Below, piece after piece: positions 13,715 to 32,200 of a DNA stretch of 64,000 nt. Positions within the stretch are counted from its first letter, which is position 1, and every line of letters begins with the position of its first letter. The DNA is taken from positions 1,674,001 to 1,738,000 of the forward strand of contig CM035354.1 of the NCBI GenBank assembly GCA_020137815.1, given 5' to 3'. Source of the stretch: Hormiphora californensis (lineage: Eukaryota > Animalia > Ctenophora). Made by a program: the position numbers and the translations under genes. Below the pieces are notes generated by a model, which ran no database searches, was not told the DNA's origin, and was given only the letters and a program-made list of their open reading frames with translations.

Positions 13715-16599
13715 ACAATGGGGACGAGATGGGTGGTGATGAGATGCCCCTAATGGCGGTAACAGAGGATCACGCTGCAGGATTCCCACAGTTCTACCTG
13801 GAACCAAGGACACCAACACAGGTATGTGGGCTGTGGTGTTACACGTACAGTACGTGATGGGGGACATGTGTATGTGTAGCTGAGGATTTATTTGATCGCT
13901 GCAGTCTGCACGAACTCTACACTCGTATGACATAATTAGTAAAATTAGATTGTGGATACGCTTTAGACTTGAATGTTTACACACGCATGACTGACTAATT
14001 GATTACACAGTACACACACATGACGACTAATTGACTATACACATGACTGACTAATTGATAACACACATGACTGACTAATTGATAACACACATGACTGACT
14101 AATTGATAACACACATGACTGACTAATTGATTACACACATGACTGACTAATTACATATGACTGACCCGCTGTTTTCAGAGTGTTGTCCGTGCAGCAAGTA
14201 GAACAAGTAGCAGTAGAAGCACTGGTTCCAAGCTGTTTTCATATGCCATTCCCCCCTCCAACAGTAGTAGCCCCCTCCCTGGAGCTCCCCAACTCTCCTC
14301 CACCACTAACACTGAGTCTCTAAACTTCTTAAAACTTGGTGGGAGTGTCCGGGATTTGGAGACATACTTCATGGATCCCCCAAAGTCATCAAAACATGAA
14401 TCCAGGGACCCGGAACTGAGGGACAAGTTCAAAAGTCTGATGATTGCATTTGAGAACGAGAAACACTCGAAAGACAAGTTGAAGATCAGGAAAGACAAGA
14501 TGAAGGCTCAACTAAAGGAGGCAAGTGAGTCCCTGATCGAGTCCAGGATGGATAACGATGAGTTAGTGAATCATCTGAAGGAGGAGGAGAAGGCGAGACA
14601 GGAGCTAGAGGTTGAGAACCAGGGACTAAAAGATGAAATTGAGCATCTGAACTGTAAGATATCAGTCCTACAAGCAATCGAATCGGACCGGAAGACTCGA
14701 GTTGATGAGGAGATCAAGTGTGGATCATTACAGAGGGAAACTAGTTTTGACACTTACCAGACCCTTTACGAAGACTTGGCTCAGAAGCATACTGAGATGC
14801 ATTCTGTCCTATCAGGAACTATTGAGCGGATGAAGTCGGAGATGGGGGAGGTGAAGAAGGAGAAGTTAGCATTGGAGACGAGGAACACAGAACTAAATGA
14901 TAAGATCACGATCCTGGGTCCCAAGTGTGATCAGAAATCCCTGGAGCTGGACAATATTACTGAAATGATAGAGGCGCTGAACCTCCAGATAGATGATGTG
15001 AGGACCAAGTGTGCCCAGGGGCTGTGTACTGGCTCTCTAAAAGTGCTGGAGGAGATGAGAGAGAAGGATACTGTCATTGGGGTCCTCACAAACCAAGTCT
15101 CCAAGGGGAAGGTGAAGAAGAAGGAGTTGAACACAGAGATAGGGAACTTGGAAAAGCATCTCCACGAGATGGAGAATGCAAGAGGGAAGGCGGATGAGAG
15201 GTATATCGAGGTTGTCAAGGAGGCAGAGGCGCTTAGGGTAAAGTTAGCTGATAGGGACGCGTTATGTGAATCAGGATCGTGTGCTAGTGGTATAAAGTTC
15301 AACAACAAGGACACTGAATCCAGGTTCATTGTGATGCAGAACTCTGATAAAGTGGACACCCTGAACCAGAAGATAGAGAGGTTAAACGAGAAGAGGGATG
15401 AGCTGAGGAAGGAGCTGGCAATTTACAAGATGGAGATGACGAATAGTGAGAACACGTTGCAGAACGCGGAGAGAGCTAGGCGGAGGGCGGAGAAGGATTT
15501 GGAGGTTTTCAAAACAGAGAACGCGGATCTGAGGAAGAGATGTGAGGAGGGGAGATGTCCTACAGCCAGTGCTAAGGAATCGGATCTGTTATCTGAGACT
15601 AAGGGGCTCTTGAGAGCTAAAATCCAGTCGCTGGAGGACCTGGAGGAGGCCATCAAAACAGGAAAAGAGAAGTTTGCGGGGGTGTGTCTAGAGAGGGACT
15701 CTTTGAAGATCAAGATATCTGATCTAGAGGCACAGCTTGAGAAGGCCCAGACTCACAGTAGAATATTAACAAGTGAGACAGTTGCCATGAGTGGGCAAAT
15801 TGCAGAGTTAGAAAGACAGGTAGAGTCTGAGGTCTCCAAGAGATCAGAACTAGAATCAAAACATGATGAAGAAGAGGAGGATGATAGGACATCAGAGGCC
15901 CTGCTACCCATCTCCAGAAGTAGTTCCCAGGTATCAAGCTGGTCTGGTACCCCCTCCATTGATCATGGTGGGGGTGATGATCAGCTGGTTGAGGCGAGGA
16001 AGAAAATCAAGAGACAGAGAGAAAAGATAAGGGATATGAAGGAAGAATATCTCAATCTGAAGGATCTTGTATCATCTACCAATGCCAAGATATACGATAT
16101 CATGTCAGATGATAAGACATGTGTAAAACCCGCTTGTAGGGAACTCCGTCACAACCTAGACAAGACGATAGTGGATCGGAACAACCTGAAATCTAAACTG
16201 GATCATTCTGAAACCAAGAATATGGATATCAGTCTCGACCTCTCGGCTACCTCCAACAAGTTGGCGAAGAAGAGGGAGGATTACGCATCACTACAAGCCC
16301 TCCTCAGGACCACACTGGAGAACTGCAAGGAATTCGAGGTTAAGTTGAGGACGCAGTCGGAGGCCCTCAAGGTGGCTGAGGCTAAGGGCTGGATCCAACC
16401 TAATAACAACGATTTCACCACTGCCACTGATAAGAGTGTGTCTTTTGTTACCTGTACTACTTCTAGTAACAACAAAACCGACAGCACGGTCACAAACCCC
16501 TGGGGGAACAGGTCCGCTCCGGTTAGAAAGATGTCAAAAGGGCCTGAGAACAGGTCCAAAGCAATTAATGATCTTCTTGCGAGGTTCGAGAGAAAGTGA
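13715..16599 (+). CDS. Alternative RA-completing exon (13715-13821) plus coiled-coil terminal exon B (14179-16599, 806 aa)
   Basis: 13715-13821 is phase 1/0 like 6982-7082 and homologous to it (EDHAAGFPQFYLE vs EDCQEGYPQIWIE). Acceptor ttttcag|14179 is in frame with the 747-aa ORF. YQTLYEDLAQKHTEMHSVLSGTIERMKS resembles YQEKYYSLKEKNQHLESVMSGTIEKLRS in exon A. Confidence 0.8.
13986..14166 (+). repeat. About 22-bp minisatellite (acacatgactgactaattgat) ending next to the 14179 acceptor
   Basis: About 8 imperfect copies, each containing CTGAC/CTAAT branch-point-like motifs. Confidence 0.85.
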
Positions 16600-16605
16600 A
16601 CTTAG

Positions 16606-16704
16606 GTTGTACTTGTATAATGTACTTGTACAATGTACAATGTACTTGTATTATGTACATGTATAATGTACTTGTATAATGTACTTGTATTATGTACTTG
16701 TATA
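16606..16704 (+). repeat. TGTA-rich 13-bp tandem repeat immediately after the stop of exon B
   Basis: tgtacttgtataa/tgtacttgtatta units giving about 15 TGTA tetramers. Confidence 0.85.
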
Positions 16705-16859
16705 AAAGGAAGAAGCACTCTTTCAAAGCACTCTTCTTCATGGGTTTTATTACTTATTTGTTTTAACGGCGCTGTAATTGTTATTTGTTAATTGTAGAGT
16801 GATGTTTCATGTTATGCCTATACCCTAGTTTACTATACTTCCAACTATACATAACCCAC

Positions 16860-18374
16860 CTTTCTCAATACCCCTTCCCTCCCCCTCAATACCCCTTCTC
16901 TCTCCCTCCTGTAGGATCTGCTATGTTCCCCTTCTCTCCCCCTCAATACCCCCTCAATTCCCCTTCTCTCCCCCCTGTAGGATCTGCTATGTTCCCCTTC
17001 TCTCCCCCTCAATACCCCCTCAATACCCCTTCTCTCCTCCTGTAGGATCTGCTATGTCCACCTTCTCTCCCCCTCAATACCCCCTCAATTCCCCTTCTCT
17101 CTCCCTCCTGTAGGATCTGCTATGTTCCCCTTCTCTCCCCCTCAATACCCCCTCAATTCCCCTTCTCTCCCCCCTGTAGGATCTGCTATGTTCCCCTTCT
17201 CTCCCCCTCAATACCCCCTCAATACCCCTTCTCTCCCTCCTGTAGGATCTGCTATGTTCACCTTCTCTCCCCCTCAATACCCCCTCAATACCCCTCAATA
17301 CCCCTTCTCTCCCTCTGTAGGATCTTCTATGTTCACCTTCTCTCCCCCTCAATACCCCCTCAATACCCCTTCTCTCTCCCTCCTGTAGGATCTTCTATGT
17401 TCACCTTCTCTCCCCCTCAATACCCCCTCAATACCCCTTCTCTCCTCCTGTAGGATCTGCTATGTCCACCTTCTCTCCCCCTCAATACCCCCTCAATACC
17501 CCTTCTCTCTCCCTCCTGTAGGATCTGCTATGTTCACCTTCTCTCCCCCTCAATACCCCCTCAATACCCCTCAATACCCCTTCTCTCCCTCTGTAGGATC
17601 TTCTATGTTCACCTTCTCTCCCCCTCAATACCCCCTCAATACCCCTTCTCTCTCCCTCCTGTAGGATCTGCTATGTTCGCCTTCTCTCCCCCTCAATACC
17701 CCCTCAATACCCCTCAATACCCCTTCTCTCCCTCTGTAGGATCTTCTATGTTCACCTTCTCTCCCCCTCAATACCCCCTCAATACCCCTTCTCTCCCTCT
17801 GTAGGATCTTCTATGTTCACCTTCTCTCCCCCTCAATACCCCCTCAATACCCCTTCTCTCTCCCCTGTAGGATCTTCTATGTTCACCTTCTCTCCCCCTC
17901 AATACCCCCTCAATTCCCCTTCTCTCTCCCTACTGTAGGATCTGCTATGTTCCCCTTCTCTCCCCCTCAATACCCCCTCAATTCCCCTTCTCTCTCCCTC
18001 CTGTAGGATCTTCTATGTTCACCTTCTCTCCCCCTCAATACCCCCTCAAGACCCCTTCCCTCCCTCTGTAGGATCTGCTATGTCCACCTTCTCCCCCCTC
18101 AATACCCCCTCAATACCCCCTCAATTCCCCTTCTCTCCCTACTGTAGGATCTGCTATATGTTCACCTTGTCTCCCCCTCAATACCCCCTCAATTCCCCTT
18201 CCCTCCCTCTTGTAGGATCTGCTATGTCCACCTTCTCCCCCCCCCAATCCCCCCTCAATCCCCCCTCAATTCCCCTTCTCTCCCTACTGTAGGATCTGCT
18301 ATATGTTCACCTTGTCTCCCCCTCAATACCCCCTCAATTCCCCTTCCCTCCCTCTTGTAGGATCTGCTATGTTC
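16860..18374 (+). repeat. Acceptor-containing minisatellite (about 65-77-bp units, about 22 copies)
   Basis: Each unit is a pyrimidine tract plus CTGTAG|GATCTGCTATGTTC. The last copy continues into exon 18361. Confidence 0.92.
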
Positions 18375-19848
18375 GCGGGATCGATTTGGAGGACAGTTCC
18401 TGGATATCCCTGCTGTGTTCCAGGAGAGTGCCGATCACGCAATCTTGAGATTCGATACCTCCTCATTGAGCAACTCCACCCAATCCCTGCCCATCAGACC
18501 GGCCCAGGATCACCATGAGGATCACCATGACAGGGCTCACCATCACCATGACAACATTGACAGAACGAGCAAGCAGTCCCTTTTTGTGGATCAGCAGTTT
18601 TATGTGGAAGAGATCAACAATCTAAAGGAGAAGACAGTTAAACTTGAGGAGGAGAATGAGAGGGTGTTGAGGAAGGTAGAGAGGTTGCAGAGAACGGTGG
18701 AGGAGTTGGGAGCTGTGATAACGTTAAAGGAGGAGAAACTGAGTGAGACAGAGACTGTGATTAAAACTCTAAAATCAGATGTCCAAGCTGCAAAGAAGTC
18801 AAGGGACAAGGAGAGGAAGGCAGTTAAGAGTGAAAGGAAGAAGAGCGGTGTTCTCAAGTTGGAGGTCCAGGGTTTGAAGAGAGAGCTAACTGAGATGAGA
18901 GAGATGGAGGTTAATAGGAAGGCAATGCTGGACGAAGTCATGGAGAACATGATAGCTGATTCACCTCAACTGAGCCTGAATATTGACCTAGATGATAATT
19001 CAACTAACATCAGCCTAGCATCCCCTGAACCCAGGACACGATCTATGACAGTGGACCTCAGAGGATCGATCCAGATGTTTGAGTCTAAGATCAGCACCCT
19101 GACCACCCAGGTACTGGATAAGGAGGAGGAGTTGGAGAGGAGGGACTCGCTGATCAGGAAACTGAAGAGGAAGGTAGAGGATGGGAATACGGCTGAGGAG
19201 ATGATAGGAGCCCTGACAAGGGAGCTCAACGAAGAGAAAGAGAAGAATGAGAAGATTAACAAGAAGTTGAAGGATAAAAGGAGTAACGAGAAGGAGTTGA
19301 TGGGAGAGTTGACTAAGAGCAAGTTAGATCTGGTCGATATAAAAGAAGAGTTATCTACGAGGAACAGTGAAGTGGAGAAGAGGGATGAAGAGATAGACCA
19401 GTTAAAGAACAGGATAGTTAAGCAAGAGACATTGTGTATGGAGGGACAATGTATGTATGGAGTGGAGCTAGTTAACCGGGCTGCCAAGGTAAAGAACGAA
19501 TACTCCCGGTTAAAGACGGAGCTGGAGGACAACGAGGACAAGGTAGCTGCCCTGAAAACTAAACTAGACCAGCTAGACGAGGAGTTCTCCAACTCAAGGA
19601 GGGAGAGTCAAAAGGATAGGTTGAGGGGAGAGATGTTGGTGGTTGGGGCTGAGTTGACAGATGCCCAGATTGAGGGAGATGTGGCAAGGCACACCTTTAC
19701 CAAGTTTAGGGAGCAACAGGTGGACTTGGTGGGGTGTTTGGGTTGTGGCCACCTGGATGGAGAGGTACAGAGAATCAGGGAAAGTAGAAATGAGATCTTG
19801 GGAGAGCTACAGAAAACTAAGTTTCAGTTGTTAGACGCCATGTCGTAG
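18361..19848 (+). CDS. Coiled-coil terminal exon C (495 aa), phase-0 acceptor
   Basis: tcttgtag|GAT CTG CTA TGT... is in frame with the 477-aa ORF. It has a His-rich patch, heptad repeats and the CMEGQC motif, with AATAAA at 19855. No private upstream exon is visible, so it presumably splices from a shared donor. Confidence 0.8.
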   Translation, partial: DLLCSRDRFGGQFLDIPAVFQESADHAILRFDTSSLSNSTQSLPIRPAQDHHEDHHDRAHHHHDNIDRTSKQSLFVDQQFYVEEINNLKEKTVKLEEENERVLRKVERLQRTVEELGAVITLKEEKLSETETVIKTLKSDVQAAKKSRDKERKAVKSERKKSGVLKLEVQGLKRELTEMREMEVNRKAMLDEVMENMIADSPQLSLNIDLDDNSTNISLASPEPRTRSMTVDLRGSIQMFESKISTLTTQVLDKEEELERRDSLIRKLKRKVEDGNTAEEMIGALTRELNEEKEKNEKINKKLKDKRSNEKELMGELTKSKLDLVDIKEELSTRNSEVEKRDEEIDQLKNRIVKQETLCMEGQCMYGVELVNRAAKVKNEYSRLKTELEDNEDKVAALKTKLDQLDEEFSNSRRESQKDRLRGEMLVVGAELTDAQIEGDVARHTFTKFREQQVDLVGCLGCGHLDGEVQRIRESRNEILGELQKTKFQLLDAMS

Positions 19849-20208
19849 TGTTTTAATAAAGTGTTTTAATATTTTGTTAGTTTTATTGTTTTTCTAATTT
19901 GTAAAGATTGAGTTTTATCTTCGAACTAACAATTCGATCTCCTTGGCACTGCGACCCCCCCCCCCCCCCCCCCCGCCCAGTGGTAGCTGTTTTTTGAGAT
20001 TTTTTGAGATTTTTCAGGGAACACACCAAACAGCTTGGATCACTTGAATCCCTTGACACGGTTCCGTACATGAACCAGAACAGATCGATGAAGTTGAGGA
20101 TAAATTTATCAAATTGTAATCATTCGCATTGATAAGCGTAAGTTCAGAAGTTAGGGTATACCGGTATTACTTGTTTCATAGCTTCTTTAATCTTTATCTT
20201 TTAGTTTA

Positions 20209-20313
<105 letters not shown>

Positions 20314-20314
20314 C

Positions 20315-20438
<124 letters not shown>

Positions 20439-20773
20439 AGCTCACAAAATGGGAGACAACTGCAGAGTGATGGGCTCACCAAACTTCACACACGCAAACA
20501 CTCAGCTTACAGCACGCAACGTTTTTACCCTTTTTCTCTCTCCAATACTGTTGCACGAACTACTGTGTGGGCGATATATAATAGTGTAGTTTTTGTGTAT
20601 TTTGAATTTGATTGAAAATTGATTAATTTAATTATTGGGATGTTTTGGGATAATGGAAATTTGGACACATTCACACCACACCATACCATTTTACTTCTTT
20701 CTTTAAACCAAAGCATCTTTTAAACCTCTCGACTCATCATTTGTTCCTCTCTTGACACCCTCTCTCCCTCCAG

Positions 20774-27287
<6,514 letters not shown>

Positions 27288-27419
27288 TAACACTCACACA
27301 GACACTTTAGGATTTTAACCTGAAATTCAGATAGATATTATTTATTTTAACAATCTCAGCTAGCGAAATCTAGTACACTCCCCCAACCTCCCTATATCGT
27401 TCTCTCTATCTCATCCAAA

Positions 27420-27600
27420 GCCATCCCCTCCCCGATCTCCTCCCAAGCCCACCCCCGATCACCTCCAAAGCCCACCCCCGATCACCTCCAAAGCCCACCC
27501 CCGATCACCTCCAAAGCCCACCCCCGATCACCTCCAAAGCCCACCCCCGATCACCTCCAAAGCCCCCTCCCCGATCTCCTCCCAAGCCCACCCCCGATGG
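27420..27600. repeat. 23-bp minisatellite aaagcccacccccgatcacctcc
   Basis: About 7 tandem copies read directly. Confidence 0.85.
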
Positions 27601-27791
27601 CCGATCCCCCAAGCCCCCCTGGCCCTGATCCCCTCCCATCCCATTAAGTTACCCGATACCGTGTTAGTTATACCCATAAACCATGCGCTGGCCAGCGCAG
27701 CTAAAAATATAACCAAAGAAAAGTGCCTGCATACTTTTCTTTGATTGGTCAGTCGCTTATAACATTCTAGATAACTTACCAAATTACAATA

Positions 27792-28478
27792 TTACTTACC
27801 GACAACTGGAGCACCTGTTTCTACCACTATCTCTGCTATCACTATGTGACCACTTGCTTTCTCAAACAGAATCCCATCCCCAAGCACCCATCCTCCTTCT
27901 CCGCAATTGAAGGTGTAGATGTGATCTTGTTGGGACAGACCCACCTGATCAATACTCAGGGTTCCACACTGCATTTCCTTCCCTCCATATTTCGTCACCC
28001 ATACCTCGGTCCCAGCGTGCACATTGATGCAATAATTCCAGTTATTTAGATTGTTCTGGCACCATGCAGCGTTGGATTGAGCATACCAGTTGGTGTAGAA
28101 TAGGTAATAGTAGGTAATGGATCTGATGTAGTGCACCCTTCCAAGATTGAGCCGTATCCATGGCCCGTCTCCCGCTGAACTGGCTGCTACAAGACTAGCT
28201 AGGTTTCTATCGAACGCGTTAACTACACGTCCTGCGTGTACTTTGCTTATGGAGCCGTCCCGAGGGGATAACTCGTTAGATTTTAGGTCTATCTCTGGTC
28301 CTGAAAAATATAACTGTCATGTTTTGCACAGTACCGCGCCCACAGAGGGTTAGATCAAGTATTACACGTGTTCTTTGTGGTGTTCAAGTATTAAATCACG
28401 TGATCAACTAGTTAGTATACCTGTGAGCGTCAGAACCACATTTGATGAAGCAAGGAGCAATAACACGACGAGCAACAT
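27792..28478 (-). CDS. Small secreted protein (about 188 aa) with an F-type-lectin / F5/8C-like beta-sandwich domain; exons 28478-28421 and 28300-27792
   Basis: Signal peptide MLLVVLLLLASSNVVLTLT, then a phase-1 GT-AG intron. The second exon reads NAFDRN...GPWIRLNLG...FYTNWY...C..C...QCGTL...YTFNC...IAEIVV, resembling the FTL/discoidin pattern. A GTAAGT donor just before the stop means the gene could continue. Confidence 0.75.
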
Positions 28479-28519
28479 TTTAATATTTTGTTGGCAGGTA
28501 AAGTAAGCAGGAGTTTTGT

Positions 28520-28694
<175 letters not shown>

Positions 28695-28696
28695 CT

Positions 28697-28762
<66 letters not shown>

Positions 28763-29286
28763 TTTATCCCTCTGACTGAGCTCTTGTGACGTATTAAATG
28801 GCCTTGTTCGGTAGGTGTAAGAGTTTGTCTGGCTCTCTGTACAATCCTCCCTTGGCAAGCCCAGGCACTCTGTAGAGAGATAGAGATGCTCCCTTAAACT
28901 CTACATGGATTGTAAAGATTTAAAAAGGTTTAAAAAATCAAAGAAGGTGTCTGTAATAAGGTCCCCAGTACCTCAACTGATGCTAACTGGGGGGGGGGGG
29001 TGGACATGATAACCCTGCTAACTATATTTTCCAGCTCCTCAGAAGGATCAAGAAGTATTGAGAGCTGAGACACACGTGTATTATACGATACACTAAAATA
29101 CGATACCGGTGTCCGGATGCAGCACATTTTATACAGCACACAGTCCTGAATCCTAGTACAAACCCACCCCACGAAACCCCACTCCCCGAAACCTTACTAC
29201 CCGAAACCCCACTCCCCACTCCCCACTACCACACTCTCCGATTCTCTGTGTTACCATTTTAACACCCCTCCCTCTCTCTCTCTCAG

Positions 29287-32200
29287 TCAAATGCATGCTG
29301 CCAAAGGTCAAGAACGGTACATTTTACATCGAGGATGGGCTTGAAGCTATACAGGAGTAAGTTTTAGATGAACATCATTCATCATGTGAATCTAACCCAA
29401 TAAATGGAATATTGTTAGTGGTATTAGCCGTGTGTTTACATCCCTCCCTTCCCCTGTTAGCTCCTTTAAACCGTGTGTTTATAACCTCTCTTCCCTCCCC
29501 TCTCCTCTAGTGTCCTGTACGGCACCATTCTGAAACCAAACTGCGATGATGGATTCCAGAGACAAGGCCCAGACACAGTGACATGTGGTGCTGATGGGAC
29601 ATTTGGGGCTGCAAACTTTGAATGTGTCGGTAAGAACTGACCTTTGAACTGACAAGAGCTACTGTATTTGCATCTTCTGATTTCTTCTAACCCCCTAAAC
29701 CTAGTTTTCTATCGAAAGACCCACTTCAGATCTGAATGTGGTGACATGCCCCACCCTTGACTCCAACTTTGGTACAATGGAGTGTGACGTCACGAAAGAT
29801 CCAGTAGAATGTACCTACTTCTGCCCAGCGGACAACTATTTTGAGCTTGATGATGTTATGGTGTCCAAACAGACTGTGACATGTGATTCTAGTACAGCTA
29901 AATGGAGTCACATGAGCTCTAGCAACCCATTGGGAACATTTCCACAGTGCTCAGGTACAAATTAAAGCTCCCGTAAGTTGGGGCTGACAGACAGCCGGTC
30001 TCTAGCTTCCTTCTCCCCACAGTATTAATAAAAGTATAACACACTTCCTTCTCCCCAATAGTAACACCCCCTTCCTTCTCCCCCATAATAACACCCCTTC
30101 TCCCCCATAGTAACACCCCTTCTCCCCCATAGTAACACCCCTTCTCCCACATAGTAACACCCCTTCTCCCACATAGTAACACCCCTTCTCCCACATAGTA
30201 ACACCCCTTCTCCCACATAGTAACACCCCTTCTCCCACATAGTAACACCCCTTCTCCCACATAGTAACACCCCTTCTCCCACATAGTAACACCCCGTCTC
30301 CCCCATAGTAACACCCCTTCTCCCCCATAGTAACACCCCTTCTCCCCCATAGTAACACCCCTTCTCCCCCATAGTAACACCCCTTCTCCACCATAGTAAC
30401 ACCCCTTCTCCCCCATAGTAACACCCCTTCCCCCCATAGTAACACCCATTCCTTCTCCTCCATAATAACACCCCTTCTCCCCCATAGTAACACCCCTTCT
30501 CCCCCATAGTAACACCCCTTCTCCCACATAGTAACACCCCTTCTCCCACATAGTAACACCCCTTCTCCCACATAGTAACACCCCTTCTCCCACATAGTAA
30601 CACCCCTTCTCCCACATAGTAACACCCCTTCTCCCACATAGTAACACCCCTTCTCCCACATAGTAACACCCCGTCTCCCCCATAGTAACACCCCTTCTCC
30701 CCCATAGTAACACCCCTTCTCCCCCATAGTAACACCCCTTCTCCCCCATAGTAACACCCCTTCTCCACCATAGTAACACCCCTTCTCCCCCATAGTAACA
30801 CCCCTTCCCCCCATAGTAACACCCATTCCTTCTCCTCCATAATAACACCCCTTCTCCCCCATAGTAACACCCCTTCTCCCCCATAGTAACACCCCTTCCC
30901 CCCATAGTAACACCCATTCCTTCTCCTCCATAGTAACACCCCTTCTCCCCCATAGTAACATCCCTTCTCCCCCATAGTAACACCCCTTCCTTCTCCCCCA
31001 TAGTAACACCCCTTCTCCCCCATAGTAACACCCCTTCTCCCACATAGTAACACCCCGTCTCCCCCATAGTAACACCCCTTCTCCCCCATAGTAACACCCC
31101 TTCTCCCCCATAGTAACACCCCTTCTCCCCCATAGTAACACCCCTTCTCCACCATAGTAACACCCCTTCTCCCCCATAGTAACACCCCTTCCCCCCATAG
31201 TAACACCCATTCCTTCTCCTCCATAGTAACACCCCTTCTCCCCCATAGTAACATCCCTTCTCCCCCATAGTAACACCCCTTCCTTCTCCCCCATAGTAAC
31301 ACCCCTTCTCCCCCATAGTAACACCCCTTCCTTCTCCCCCATAGTAACATCCCTTCTCCCCATAGTGACAGACACCGCTACCTACATCACCATGACAACG
31401 AAGTTAGGATTCTCAGGAGCAACCACCTGCCCCTCTAGTGATGCGAACATAAAAAGTGGACTACAAACCACCTTCCAGAGCTCCAGTTCCTCGGGCTACT
31501 CCTGCATGAAGAGTAGTTGTGCTATATCAGAAGCATCCTGCAGTGTAACAGGCTCAGTGGTCTACTTCACATTTACAGTGAATCAGACCAGTGGGGATCT
31601 CTCCTCTGATGCGGTGATATCAGCATTTCAGACACAGCTAGCCAGTGATGTGGAGGAGAAGAAGCTGGCAGTGACAGTGACAACAGGGGGTAAACGGAGA
31701 AAGAGGGATACTAGTTTTACCAGTAATGGCGAGCAGTCATCAACCACATACTCATCGTTATGTTCATCTGGATCTGGGAGCATAGGTAGCAAATGCTGTA
31801 AGTATAGAACTGCACGTGCAGTACCCCCCCCCCCACTTATCCTTACCAACGGGCAGGATCCTGCAGTGAAATGTCCGACCTCTCACTGACCAAATCTCCC
31901 TCCCCCTGTACCTATCTCTCACTATTGCTGACCAACCCTCCCCTCCCCAGTGAAATGTCCGACCTCTAACTGATCAACCCCCCCCCCCCCAGTGAAATGT
32001 CCGACGGGTACCTACGAAAGTGATGGAAACTGTGAATACTGCGCTAAAGGTTCCTATAGCAACACCGCTGGTAGCACAAGTTGTACCTCGTGTTCTGGAT
32101 CCCTTACTACTATCACAACTGGTTCAGATAGCATCACCGACTGTATTAGTAAGTAGCTGCATGTCATAGTAATGTGCTTTAGAACAGCTGCTCTCAACTA

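Noticed and set aside
16860-18374. CRISPR-like repeat/spacer array
   Set aside because: The variable parts are slippage variants of the same pyrimidine tract, not unique spacers.
7524-19592. Ser/Leu-rich antisense ORFs over the coiled-coil exons
   Set aside because: Expected shadows of GAG/AAG-rich sense codons.
29919-31375. Long minus-strand ORFs (441-465 aa, GEKGCYYGG repeats)
   Set aside because: By-product of a 22-bp tandem repeat that is open in all three minus frames; antisense to an intron.
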